NCBI GenBank assembly: GCA_018333655.1
Contig: JAGXTJ010000034.1
Location: 12,716-76,715, forward strand
Source: Bacillota bacterium
GTDB taxonomy: Bacteria; Bacillota; UBA994
Length of the DNA stretch: 64,000 nucleotides
Direction: 5' to 3'
Under the pieces are notes generated by a model that was not told where the DNA came from, did no database searches, and worked only from the letters and a program-made list of their open reading frames with translations. The translations under genes and the position numbers were made by a program. How positions within the stretch are numbered: the first letter of the stretch is position 1; each line of letters begins with the position of its first letter. Below are positions 55,150 through 64,000 of this stretch, one piece after another.

Positions 55150-55941
55150 CTATACTGGGCGTCCCCTTACGGGCACCAGAGAGATTTGGGGGACGTTTTC
55201 ACTGGGGTGCGTAAATACTACTACTGGGCAGCCATAGACGGCCTCAATGAGCGGAGGACGCAGTACTTCTAGGGGAGTCCCCTTAGCAGTCAGTTCTCCC
55301 TGTGACAAGACCAAGAGTCGCTCACAGTATAGAGCGGCCAAGTTTATGTCGTGGAGTACCGTAATAATGGTCATGCCCTCTTGCGACAAAGACTTTAAGA
55401 GCGATAAGAGCTCCATCTGGTGCTTGATATCAAGATGCGCGGTCGGTTCGTCTAGCACGAGTAGGGGGCAGTCTTGGGCGAGGGCGGTAGCGATGCGCGC
55501 CCGCTGCTTTTCGCCGCCGCTCAAGGTGCTAAGGTGTCTACCCTCTAGGTCGATTATTCCCGCCTTGGCAAGTGCCTGATTGACCAGTTCCTCATCCCTT
55601 GGGGTCGCGCCCTGAAGTAGTGACTGGTGGGGTAGGCGGCCTAGGTGGGCCAGTTCTCGCACCGTTAAGTCGATGCCTAGCACACTCTCCTGTTCGACTA
55701 CCGCTAAGTGCTGCGCCATTGCTCGGTGCGAGAGCTTGGCCAGTGGGTAGCCAGCAAGCCACACCTCGCCACTTTGTGGGGTCAGCCAGCGGCTCATGAT
55801 TTTCACTAATGTCGATTTTCCGGAGCCGTTAGGTCCTATTATTCCGGTCAAAGTGCCTTTAGGGAACTCTGCGTTAATGTTCTTCAAGACAGGCCTATGG
55901 GCGAAACTAAAAGAAACATTAGAGATAACTAGCGGGTGCAT
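55150..55941 (-). CDS. ABC transporter ATP-binding protein (iron-siderophore/cobalamin type, FecE/BtuD-like)
   Basis: Walker A GPNGSGKST. Signature LSGGEKQR. Walker B LLVLDEP. Confidence 0.8.
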   Translation of the reverse strand: MHPLVISNVSFSFAHRPVLKNINAEFPKGTLTGIIGPNGSGKSTLVKIMSRWLTPQSGEVWLAGYPLAKLSHRAMAQHLAVVEQESVLGIDLTVRELAHLGRLPHQSLLQGATPRDEELVNQALAKAGIIDLEGRHLSTLSGGEKQRARIATALAQDCPLLVLDEPTAHLDIKHQMELLSLLKSLSQEGMTIITVLHDINLAALYCERLLVLSQGELTAKGTPLEVLRPPLIEAVYGCPVVVFTHPSENVPQISLVPVRGRPV

Positions 55942-56981
55942 TAGATCATCGCCTTTCGGCTTCTAGCAAGCAGGTATAAAAAGAAAGGTCCGCCCACCAA
56001 GGCCGTGATAATGCCAACTGGTAGCTCTGTCGGTCGCAGGATAAAGCGCGAGGCAATGTCAGCAGTGGTCATAAAAATAGCGCCGACCAAGGCGGAATAA
56101 GGCAGCAGGCGGCGATAATTTTCTCCGCCTAAAAGGCGTGCCATATGAGGAGTCATCAGGCCCACAAAGCCAATGACGCCACTGACAGCTACTGCGGCCG
56201 CTGTGAGCAGGGCGGTAGAACACAGGAGGAGGAAACGTACCCTTTCGACATTAACCCCCAGGTGATGCGCAGTCATGTCACCTAGGCTGATGGCCGTGAG
56301 GTAGCGGTGGTAGAAAAAAGCCAGCATGTATCCCGCTACAAGGTAAGGCGCCGCCAAAACTACATGGTGCCAGCCGCGTGCCGCAAAGCTACCCATTAGC
56401 CAGAAGAGCAGGGGATGGATTCTATTGCCGCTAAAGTATACCATGAGGGAAACTAGGGCCGAAAGAAAACTACTCATGGCTATGCCTGCCAGCAGTAACC
56501 CTAAGGTGGAACGGCCAGCTACGCGGCGGGCGAGCAGTAAGACGATGAGCAAAGTGACCACAGCGCCTATGAAGGCCATGGGTGTAATCGCGCCCAGCCC
56601 GAAGATGCTAAACTGCAAGCCAAGCAGCATGGCGGAGGCGGCCCCAAGACTAGCACCCGCCGAAACGCCCAAGATATGGGAGTCAGCGAGACCATTATGG
56701 AGAAGCCCCTGTAGGACGGCCCCTGCTGTGGCCAAGCCAGCGCCCACCATGGCGGCCAGTATTACGCGCGGCAGTCGTAGCCGAAAAATAACAATGGTTT
56801 CGTAGTCCCATTCTGTAGCCGGCTGGGACATTAACTGCACCAGGGCTGGCCCAAAACGGGCAGGGGCGATATCTACCGCCCCCAGCACCATGCCAGCAAG
56901 CATTACGAGCGCCAAAACTAGGGAGAGGGTGACGACTAGTCGCCCTCTCTTTAATTTCTCTACAACCCTGACTAACGCCAT
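55941..56981 (-). CDS. FecCD-family ABC permease (BtuC/FhuB-like)
   Basis: About 9-10 TM, FecCD-like. 1-nt overlap with the ATPase gene. Confidence 0.8.
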   Translation of the reverse strand: MALVRVVEKLKRGRLVVTLSLVLALVMLAGMVLGAVDIAPARFGPALVQLMSQPATEWDYETIVIFRLRLPRVILAAMVGAGLATAGAVLQGLLHNGLADSHILGVSAGASLGAASAMLLGLQFSIFGLGAITPMAFIGAVVTLLIVLLLARRVAGRSTLGLLLAGIAMSSFLSALVSLMVYFSGNRIHPLLFWLMGSFAARGWHHVVLAAPYLVAGYMLAFFYHRYLTAISLGDMTAHHLGVNVERVRFLLLCSTALLTAAAVAVSGVIGFVGLMTPHMARLLGGENYRRLLPYSALVGAIFMTTADIASRFILRPTELPVGIITALVGGPFFLYLLARSRKAMI

Positions 56982-57874
56982 AAGTCGGGGTGAAGTAGCC
57001 TGGCCATCTCGCGCAGGCCCAAGGCTAGGCGCGGACCTGGGCGCAGTACAAGGTCTTCGTTGACCAGGTAGACGCGATTGTTTGCTATAGCGGGCACAGT
57101 CTCCCAGTTCGCCCTTTGCTTAATGGCCTCCACAGTCTCTGGGCCATGCCCACGGAACATGACAGTTGGCTTTTGGGCCAGTATTTCTTCCAGTGACAAA
57201 ACGGGGAAGTTGGTGGCGGCGTTGCTAGCTAGGTTGATTCCGCCTGCCCGCGTGATGAGCTCATGGATAAAGGTATTGGGTCCGGCACTGGTGATAGGGT
57301 CATGCCAGATCTCAAAGTAGACCAATGGACGGCTGCCCTCTGCTAACCCCCGCGTCTTTTCCTCCACTTCGCGCATGGCAGCGGTCAGTTCCTGCTCAAT
57401 GGCTTGCGCTTGCCTTGTAGTACCTGTGGCCTGGCCCAAAAGGGCGGCGTTAGCGATTACTTGAGCAATGTTCTTGGGGTCTACAGCGAGAACCGGAATG
57501 TTTAACTGCTCTAGTTGTTCTACGACAGCCTGGTGCAGGCTAGCGGCAACGACTAGATCAGGCTTTACGCTGACAATTTTTTCTACCGAGGGGGGGCCAA
57601 AGCCGCCTACCTTTTCTTTGGTCTGTGCCAGAGCGGGATAGTTACAAAATTCAGTTACGCCCACAATTTTGTCACTTAGGCCGAGGGCAAAAAGCAACTC
57701 CGTGGTGCTTGGAGCCAGAGAAACGATGCGTACCGCCGGTTTCTCGAGGGTGATTTGGCGCCCGAAGTCATCCGTTAGGACGATAGGTCTTTGAAAAAGT
57801 GCTGTGATGGGTGCACAGCCGGCCGCAACAAGCGCCAGAATGGCGATTAGGGCCAACAGGGAAAGTTTTTTCAC
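56972..57874 (-). CDS. Periplasmic-binding-protein-type SBP for cobalamin/iron-siderophore (BtuF-like lipoprotein)
   Basis: Lipobox LVAAGCAP. Cluster A-II SBP fold. Sits downstream of a cobalamin riboswitch. Confidence 0.75.
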   Translation of the reverse strand: MKKLSLLALIAILALVAAGCAPITALFQRPIVLTDDFGRQITLEKPAVRIVSLAPSTTELLFALGLSDKIVGVTEFCNYPALAQTKEKVGGFGPPSVEKIVSVKPDLVVAASLHQAVVEQLEQLNIPVLAVDPKNIAQVIANAALLGQATGTTRQAQAIEQELTAAMREVEEKTRGLAEGSRPLVYFEIWHDPITSAGPNTFIHELITRAGGINLASNAATNFPVLSLEEILAQKPTVMFRGHGPETVEAIKQRANWETVPAIANNRVYLVNEDLVLRPGPRLALGLREMARLLHPDLWR

Positions 57875-57971
57875 AGAGAGACCTCCTTAATATTGTGAGA
57901 CGGTACGAAACACAAGAACAATGTAACAGTTTAGCAAGTCCACTTGTTAAGTTGCAGTACATCCCCTCTCC

Positions 57972-58005
57972 CATAAAGTAAAAATCCTCAACCTTGAGGT
58001 TGAGG
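57972..58005 (-). terminator. Riboswitch expression-platform terminator (minus strand)
   Basis: On the minus strand: CCTCAACC-TCAA-GGTTGAGG followed by ATTTTTACTTTAT. About 100 nt upstream of the btuF-like start. Confidence 0.55.
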
Positions 58006-58019
58006 ATAGGTAGAGCAAA

Positions 58020-58245
58020 AGGGGGCCCCCCATGGCTCTGACCCAGTCCCCTCGACCGAAGGACGGTGTCTGCATCGTGGGGGCAGGTCTCCTGGCTCTG
58101 GGATTCGCGCGCCCGGCTCCTTCCCGTCTGCTACTAGAGACAGTGGTCTTGCCGGGTACTACCCATTACAGTGGCGGGACCGCTCAGGACTTTAACCTGA
58201 TTCCCTTTTAATCCCCACAAACGGGGAACCTCCACAAAGGCTATT
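58020..58245 (-). promoter_or_regulatory. Cobalamin (AdoCbl) riboswitch
   Basis: Minus-strand reading contains AAGGGAATCAGGTTAAAGTCCTGAGCGGTCCCGCCACTGTAA (B12 box GCCACTG, + coordinates 58169-58175) and downstream GGGAAGGAGCCGG...CAGGAGACCTGCCC. Matches the cobalamin riboswitch consensus from memory. Confidence 0.7.
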
Positions 58246-58295
58246 TAATTGCACTACAAGTATAGCACATAAGGACATCGCGCAAAAGCTAGTCT

Positions 58296-58637
58296 TTACC
58301 TGCTGTGATGCGGGCACACTACGAGGTGAAAGTCGCCATAGAGATATGGTGTGCCATGTACGGGGCAGCTTGGTTTGCGATCGAGAAAGCGCAGAAAGAG
58401 CTCATGAGGTTGTAGCGGGTACTTGCCGTAAGTAACAGCAAAATACTCTGTTGCGTTTTGCACTACGTTTTGATTAAATCTACATGCGGCTACTTCCCAC
58501 TTGGTAGGCTCTGCAGGCGGGTCATTGGTGACGGCGGCCACGTCTAGTAGGCGGGTTGTAGCCACGGTGAGAATGATAGCGAGCAAAGTCACAACCATTA
58601 AGAGTTCGAGGAGCGAAAATCCTGCCTGTTGGCGCAT
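58296..58637 (-). CDS. Prepilin-type N-terminal cleavage/methylation domain protein (type IV pilin/pseudopilin-like), orphan
   Basis: MRQQAG|FSLLELLMVVTLLAIIL class III signal with Glu at +5. ATG 8 nt after GGAGG. Confidence 0.55.
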   Translation of the reverse strand: MRQQAGFSLLELLMVVTLLAIILTVATTRLLDVAAVTNDPPAEPTKWEVAACRFNQNVVQNATEYFAVTYGKYPLQPHELFLRFLDRKPSCPVHGTPYLYGDFHLVVCPHHSR

Positions 58638-58711
58638 TGCGAGAACCTCCTTTATAGAGAAGTGTTCCCGACTCGGCAACTAACAAGTACTGAAAGCAGG
58701 GGTGCGCACGC

Positions 58712-60163
58712 ATGTTAAAGCAATTGCTCGTTTTGGCGGATAAACTCCCCATCTATGTCGTGGGTGGAGCGGTGCGGGACTTGTACCTCGGCCGTACAAG
58801 TTGCGACTACGACTTACTAATTCCCGCGCCAGGGTTCATGACTCATCTCGGGGAGATCTCCCTGCTGCTAGGGCAGCAACCGTTTGCCCTGAGCCATGAA
58901 AACCAGCATTGGCGCTACCATAAGGAAGGTGCCGTACTTGACATCGCCCCGCTCTACAAGAGCCTGGGGGACGATCTAGCACGGCGCGACTTCACTGTCA
59001 ATGCTATGGCCATGGAGCTAAGAGACTTCTTGGCGAAAGATCTAGAAAAAGTTCATGATTATCACTTCGGGCGGGAGCACCTTGCCTCACGAACTCTAGT
59101 TCTCACCTCCCCTCTGGCTTTCACCTCTGATGCGCTGCGAATTTTACGCGCAGCACGCCTTAAAGCCGAACTTGGCTTTACCGTCAGTGGTCACCTGGAG
59201 GCAAAAGTTAGTGCCGCGCTCGAACCATTACGGCACTGCCCTGGGGAAAGGGTGTGGGCTGAACTAAAGAGGATTACAGTAGCTCCTTTTGCTATATCTG
59301 CCTACATGTGGCTAGAGCAGCAGGGGGTCTTGGCGGCGTTGTTCCCGGAGCTAGAAGCCGGAAAGGGAATTTCACAGAACCAGTATCACGCTTTTAGCGT
59401 GCATGAACATTCTTGGCGGGCCTTTTCCGGCTATGTAAACCTATGGCAAGCCCCTGATTTTCTCGAACAAACCGTCCGCGAATGCGTGGTGCGAGATCTA
59501 AGGTGCCTGCCCATGAATTTAGAGGCTGTTTGTAAGTTGGGGTCGCTCTTGCATGACATCGGTAAGCCGCCGTCTCGCGTGGTGCGCGCCGAAGGCAAAG
59601 TTACCTTCTACCGGCACGAGCAAATCGGCGCGGGGATGATTGGGCCCATGGTACAACGTTTACGCTTAGCAAGCAGAGAAGCCAAGCTGCTAGGCCGCTT
59701 TGTGCGGTGGCATACCTACTTGGCGCAGTTGTCACGTCAACCGCGCCTTCATGAAGGGCATCTCTTTCGCGTGGCCAGTCGACTAGGCGAGCACAGCGTT
59801 CCCATTGCGCTCTTTAGTGTGGCCGACCTACTCGCTAAAGGGGAAGAAATGGAAAGGGACGAAAGCTACAAGAGGGTTGTGGCCACCCTCAATCGCTTCT
59901 TGCAGGCCTGGTATTTTCAGCATGACGAAGTAATCCGCCCCTCACTCCCCCTGAACCCAGCGGAGCTTGCTATCGAGTTACAATTGACCCCGGGGAGCTG
60001 GCTGCAAGAGACGATGACTCATCTCGCAGAGCAAGCTGCACGGGGCCATGTAAAAACCAAGGAGCAAATGATAACGCTGGCAAAACAATTTTGCCAGCGT
60101 AGCGAAGATGTCTTAGCGAACTCGCGCATGACCTTGGTAAACAAGACCACGTCCTCCGTCTAA
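58712..60163 (+). CDS. cca: CCA-adding tRNA nucleotidyltransferase (PolyA_pol head plus HD domain)
   Basis: GGAVRD...DYD nucleotidyltransferase motif. RxxRF-like region (ALRILRAARL). HD domain LLHDIGK. Confidence 0.8.
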   Translation: MLKQLLVLADKLPIYVVGGAVRDLYLGRTSCDYDLLIPAPGFMTHLGEISLLLGQQPFALSHENQHWRYHKEGAVLDIAPLYKSLGDDLARRDFTVNAMAMELRDFLAKDLEKVHDYHFGREHLASRTLVLTSPLAFTSDALRILRAARLKAELGFTVSGHLEAKVSAALEPLRHCPGERVWAELKRITVAPFAISAYMWLEQQGVLAALFPELEAGKGISQNQYHAFSVHEHSWRAFSGYVNLWQAPDFLEQTVRECVVRDLRCLPMNLEAVCKLGSLLHDIGKPPSRVVRAEGKVTFYRHEQIGAGMIGPMVQRLRLASREAKLLGRFVRWHTYLAQLSRQPRLHEGHLFRVASRLGEHSVPIALFSVADLLAKGEEMERDESYKRVVATLNRFLQAWYFQHDEVIRPSLPLNPAELAIELQLTPGSWLQETMTHLAEQAARGHVKTKEQMITLAKQFCQRSEDVLANSRMTLVNKTTSSV

Positions 60164-61864
60164 GGTGACAATCTGCCCGTCTTTAAGAAGGCCGGTAGCG
60201 CCATTTATGCCTACAATCGTAGCCTTGTTGAGGTTAAGCCCCACGATAGCCCCGTGTGAGGTGAGGCCACCCTCCTCGGTGATCAGGCCAGCAGCTCGCT
60301 CTATGGCCGGAATGTAGTCGCTGTCGGTAGCGAACGTAACCAGTATATCACCCGCTTGTGTCTTGGCATTGGCCTCTGCCGCGTTCTTAGCAATCGTAAC
60401 TCGCCCTTCAGCGGTAATGGCGCCGATACCTGTGCCCTTAGCTAAGACATCGCCAACTACGTGTACCTTGAGCACATTGGTCGTGCCCGGCACACCCACA
60501 GGGATGCCCGCGGTGATCACTACCAAGTCGCCGTTTCTTATTAACCCCGCACTTAAGGCGCGCTGTACCGAACCGTCGATCAGGTCATCGGTAGTCGCGA
60601 TAGGTAGACCAACGAGAGGAGCGACCCCCCACTGCAGGTTCAGACGTCTTGCCACAGCGGCACTCGTGGTAATGGCAATGATGTGCGCGGCGGGGCGGTG
60701 CTTAGATACCATGCGTGCCGTCCAACCTGATTGGGTGGGCGTGATAATGGCCGCCGCGGTGAGTTCAGTAGCTACTTGTACGGTGGCGTGGCTAATGGCG
60801 TCGGTGACAGTGGAATTGCGCACCTGGCAGGCATCAACGTTAGCCTGGCCATATTGCAGTGCTTGTTCAGTGCGGAGAGCAAGGCGCGCCATGGTCTGCA
60901 CGGACAAAAGGGGGTACTTGCCGCTGGCAGTCTCTCCCGATAGCATAATGGCATCGGTACCATCAAAAATAGCATTAGCCACATCACTAGCCTCGGCACG
61001 CGTGGGGCGGGGATTACGCATCATGGAGTCGAGCATTTGCGTTGCCGTAATCACCGGCTTGCCAGCGCTGTTAGCTTTACGGATCATTTCTTTTTGTATG
61101 ATGGGCACTTCTTCGGCTGGAAATTCAACTCCCATATCGCCGCGTGCTACCATGAGACCATCGGCTACCTTCAGGATGGCATCGAGATTGTCAACGCCCT
61201 CCTTATTTTCAATCTTAGCAATAATGGGGATGTTGGCACCTAGCCCTTCGATAAAACGGCGCACCGCGTAAACATCATTGGCATTGCGCATGAAGGAAGC
61301 CGCTATGTAGTCAACGCCCTGTTCCACGCCGTAACGCAGGTCGGCTTCATCTTGTGGAGACAATACAGGGAGGTTAATACGCTTTCCGGGCACGTTAATA
61401 CCCTTGCGATTGCTCAACAGGCCGCCCACAATAACTTTGCAGACGACACTGTCGTGGGTGGTGTAGAGAACACTGAGCTCAAGCAGGCCATCATCCAAGA
61501 GCAGGCGGTCAAGGGGGGCGACATCTTGTGGCAGGCGCAGGTAGCTCACGCCTACTCGCTCCACACTGCCTGGCACCGCTTGGGTAGTGAGGGTAAAGGT
61601 GTTACCAGGAATAAGTTCAATAGGGCCGTCAGCGAAGGTGCCGATGCGAATCTCGGGGCCCTTGGTGTCTAGCATTATCGCGACATGCTTGCCTAGATCT
61701 TGTGCCGCTTGACGTAAATTGCCCAAACGTACCCCGTGTTCCGCATGGCTACCATGCGAAAAGTTTAGTCTCGCTACATCAAGCCCTGCTCTAATCAGGT
61801 CGCGCAACATTTCAGGGCTCTCGCTAGCTGGCCCAATGGTGCAGACAATCTTTGTTTTTCTCAT
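60113..61864 (-). CDS. pyk: Pyruvate kinase with C-terminal PEP-utilising mobile domain
   Basis: MRKTKIVCTIGPAS, ARLNFSHG, MVARGDLG-type motifs. PEP-utiliser-like C-terminus. ATG 8 nt after GGAGG. About 51-nt convergent overlap with cca. Confidence 0.9.
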   Translation of the reverse strand: MRKTKIVCTIGPASESPEMLRDLIRAGLDVARLNFSHGSHAEHGVRLGNLRQAAQDLGKHVAIMLDTKGPEIRIGTFADGPIELIPGNTFTLTTQAVPGSVERVGVSYLRLPQDVAPLDRLLLDDGLLELSVLYTTHDSVVCKVIVGGLLSNRKGINVPGKRINLPVLSPQDEADLRYGVEQGVDYIAASFMRNANDVYAVRRFIEGLGANIPIIAKIENKEGVDNLDAILKVADGLMVARGDMGVEFPAEEVPIIQKEMIRKANSAGKPVITATQMLDSMMRNPRPTRAEASDVANAIFDGTDAIMLSGETASGKYPLLSVQTMARLALRTEQALQYGQANVDACQVRNSTVTDAISHATVQVATELTAAAIITPTQSGWTARMVSKHRPAAHIIAITTSAAVARRLNLQWGVAPLVGLPIATTDDLIDGSVQRALSAGLIRNGDLVVITAGIPVGVPGTTNVLKVHVVGDVLAKGTGIGAITAEGRVTIAKNAAEANAKTQAGDILVTFATDSDYIPAIERAAGLITEEGGLTSHGAIVGLNLNKATIVGINGATGLLKDGQIVTLDGGRGLVYQGHARVR

Positions 61865-61963
61865 ACTTGCCGCCTCCCACCACAACTTGTCTTTATTCTA
61901 ACATATGGACCTATGTTTCAATGTGTATTTGTAATCTCCTGTATCAAGGTGCCCGCTTGCTCT

Positions 61964-62482
61964 CTAAAATATGATAATGCCCACGAGCCCCGCCGCAAGA
62001 AGAAGCAAAATTGGGTTAAATTTAGTGCGCAGCATCAGGATTAGCACGGTAACAGCAATGGCAGCGCTACGTATATCGTTAATCGTTAGTCTGCCCACCG
62101 AAATTGCTGCGGAGAATATGAGCACTACCACGACAGGACGAACGGCGGCCAAGGCGGCCTTTAATTGCGGTGCACCGTTAAAGCGCACGAAGAGGAAGGC
62201 GAAGGTCATGACGGTAAGAAGAGAAGGCGTAACTACCCCTAGGGTCGCCGCCGTGCCCCCAAACAGACCTCCCATTTTGTAGCCAACAAAGGTGGCTGAA
62301 TTGATAGCAATCGGACCAGGCGTAATTTCCGCTACTGCCAGGATATCGATGAATTGCTGTGCCGTGAGCCAGGCCTGATTGCGCACGACCTCTCGCTCAA
62401 TGAGCGGTATCATCGCGTAGCCACCGCCGAAGCTAAAGAGTCCAATCCTAAAGAAGCTTACAAAGAGTTCCCAGATGATCAT
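61964..62482 (-). CDS. chrA: Short-chain chromate transporter ChrA (C-terminal-half homolog, YwrA-like)
   Basis: ChrA half-protein (FGGGYAMIPLIEREVV). 4-nt overlap with the partner gene. Confidence 0.7.
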   Translation of the reverse strand: MIIWELFVSFFRIGLFSFGGGYAMIPLIEREVVRNQAWLTAQQFIDILAVAEITPGPIAINSATFVGYKMGGLFGGTAATLGVVTPSLLTVMTFAFLFVRFNGAPQLKAALAAVRPVVVVLIFSAAISVGRLTINDIRSAAIAVTVLILMLRTKFNPILLLLAAGLVGIIIF

Positions 62483-63072
62483 GGCGATGTTCCCGGGCGA
62501 CGCTGGCGATAGTGATAAACAAGGCCAAACAAGGCGGCGCCAGCAATAATGACAGCGGGGTGCCAGTTAGAATTTAGACTAATCAGCAGCGCTACCGCTG
62601 CGAGGCCCATGCTAAAGTTATCTACCAGCACTTTTTTACCGAGGGTGAGGGCAGCGGCAAAGATGAGGGCCACCACCGCCGGGCGAATGCCTTTAAAAAA
62701 ATCGAGCACAATGGGACCAGGCGTAGTCGCGGTAAGAGTAGCGGCCAGCAAGGTTATGATAATAAAGGAGGGCAAGACGGCGCCTAGGGTGGCTACGGCA
62801 ACACCGGGCAGGCCGAGAAGCTTGTAGCCCGTAAAAATGGCCGTGTTGATGGCAATCGCCCCCGGGCTCGACTGTGCAACGGCCAGCACGTCGATAAATT
62901 CCTGTTCGCTTTGCCATCCTCTTGTATGTACAATCTCGCGCTCTATAACTGGCAACATGGACAGCCCTCCGCCAAAAGTGAAAGCTCCAACTTTGCAGAA
63001 ACTCCAAAAAAGGGCGGTGAGGGTGGGGGGGGTAGGGTGCTCCAATGCAATCACTCTCCTAAACACATGCAC
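62479..63072 (-). CDS. chrA: Short-chain chromate transporter ChrA (N-terminal-half homolog, YwrB-like)
   Basis: FGGGLSMLPVIEREIV motif. Pairs with the downstream half as in B. subtilis ywrB-ywrA. Confidence 0.7.
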   Translation of the reverse strand: MHVFRRVIALEHPTPPTLTALFWSFCKVGAFTFGGGLSMLPVIEREIVHTRGWQSEQEFIDVLAVAQSSPGAIAINTAIFTGYKLLGLPGVAVATLGAVLPSFIIITLLAATLTATTPGPIVLDFFKGIRPAVVALIFAAALTLGKKVLVDNFSMGLAAVALLISLNSNWHPAVIIAGAALFGLVYHYRQRRPGTSP

Positions 63073-63200
63073 ATTATAGCATAAGGGGAACTCGTTTAGC
63101 GCATGGTTATCGTGAGAGTAGTTGCGGCCGACAGCAGGAAATCACTGTGCACTGTGGAACGAATAAATGTAGCATGACCAAGAGCAAGAGTGAATATAGG

Positions 63201-64000
63201 AGGGCATTTATGGAAATTAAGACGATCATGGTTGTAGGCGCGGGTCAAATGGGGAGTGGAATCGCTCAAGTAGCTGCCCAAAGTAATTACACAGTGCTCC
63301 TCTGCGACCTCTCGAGTGAGTACCTTAGCAGAGCCCAAGCAAACATAGCTAGGGTCTTGACTAAAGCAGTGGAGAAGGGCACTCTGTCTAATGACGAAAA
63401 AGAGGCCACCCTATCACGCCTCACGGTCACCACGGAAATGGACAGGGCTGTAGAGGCCGATCTCGTCATTGAAGCGGTGAGCGAGAATGTTGAAGTCAAA
63501 AAAGGGGTCTTTATAGAGCTAGATCGCACCTGCGCCCCCCATGCCATCTTAGCTAGTAATACTTCAAGCCTTTCTTTAACGCAGTTAGGGTCTTTCACTA
63601 AGCGCCCAGCGAAGGTCATTGGGCTGCATTTTATGAACCCGGTGCCCATCATGCAGTTGGTGGAAATTATACACGGGCAATCTACCAGTGACGAAACCGT
63701 GGCTGTAGCTAGCGAAGTGGTGCGCCGCATGGGCAAAACTGGTATACTAGTCAATGACCATCCAGGCTTCGTGGTCAATAGATTGCTAGTCCCCATGATC
63801 AATGAGGCGGCCTTCTGTTTGCAAGAAGGCGTAGCTAAAGCCGCCGATATCGACGCTATCATGAAGCTTGGCGCGAACCATTCCATGGGTCCGCTCAGCT
63901 TAGGAGACCTAATTGGTCTCGATGTATGCTTGGCCATTATGGAAGTCTTGCATCGCTCTCTGGGAGAAGATAAATATCGCCCTGCGCCGCTGCTACGCAA
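63201..64000 (+). CDS. hbd: 3-hydroxybutyryl-CoA dehydrogenase (partial, continues beyond window)
   Basis: MEIKTIMVVGAGQMGSGIAQ NAD Rossmann. 3HCDH motifs (SNTSSLS, HFMNPVP, NDHPGFVVNRLL). No stop before 64000. The minus-strand ORF 63287-64000 is antisense artefact. Confidence 0.85.

Noticed and set aside
60113-60163. 51-nt convergent overlap of cca and pyk 3' ends as a possible annotation error or frameshift
   Set aside because: Both proteins read through to plausible family-typical C-termini. Convergent overlaps of this size occur, and there is no evidence of a frameshift.
61964-63072. Two adjacent half-size chrA ORFs that could be read as a frameshifted pseudogene
   Set aside because: The 4-nt overlap, intact starts, and the known B. 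subtilis YwrB/YwrA short-chain chromate transporter pair make a bona fide two-gene heterodimer more likely than a broken gene.
1-64000. CRISPR arrays, prophage, toxin-antitoxin or known defence-system gene content
   Set aside because: No short regularly spaced direct repeats, no cas-like, phage structural, or recognisable defence-domain ORFs were seen on either strand. The only repeats are the two palindromes, the CT tract and short promoter-proximal direct repeats.

Overview
This 64-kb window is a mostly housekeeping chromosomal segment from a high-GC, endospore-forming Firmicute, with a few accessory-looking insertions. Spore genes (a gerA-type A/B/C operon, GerM-like), LysM/L,D-transpeptidase, sigW-like ECF sigma with ZAS anti-sigma, and CcdA support that assignment.

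Core genes recognised from the protein translations:
- DNA maintenance and cell wall: polA, mutM, coaE, murA, tldD, pmbA/tldE.
- Metabolism and RNA: dapL-type aminotransferase, kbl-like, arginine decarboxylase, pyk, CCA-adding enzyme, yhaM, rsmF-like methyltransferase, hbd (runs off the 3' end).
- Others: a GlnK/GlnL-like two-component pair, an M14 carboxypeptidase, a split chrA pair, a GGDEF cyclase, and two adjacent tRNA-Leu genes (anticodons CAG and GAG).

The main points of interest:
1. A 27-28-bp perfect palindrome occurs twice, each time just after a stop codon (anti-sigma gene, gerAC). A RayT-like IS200/Y1 (HuH) transposase with a DnaA-C-like HTH tail lies between the two copies. The palindrome is a candidate REP-like element family and the transposase its candidate mobilizer.
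2. A bacterial class C group II intron (about 1.87 kb, RT/maturase with YADD motif) sits directly after a terminator-like hairpin in the dapL-tldD intergenic region.
3. A ten-gene co-directional block (mrp E-F-G, three small MrpB-type subunits, a NuoK-like subunit, three NuoL/M/N-like antiporter subunits) ends in a co-transcribed NusG_II/DUF1312 protein carrying a CPxxxC motif. Immediately upstream is a membrane-anchored protein with three FMN_bind (RnfG/NqrC-type) domains. This is a candidate flavin-linked, ion-translocating module.
4. A cobalamin riboswitch with its own terminator lies upstream of a btuFCD-like transporter on the minus strand.
5. An unusual ~135-nt polypyrimidine (CT) tract lies between kbl and yhaM.
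6. A secreted SBP-family-5 protein is fused to copper-amine-oxidase N-terminal-like repeats.

Every call comes from reading the sequence and translations and comparing them with remembered family signatures. No database searches were run.
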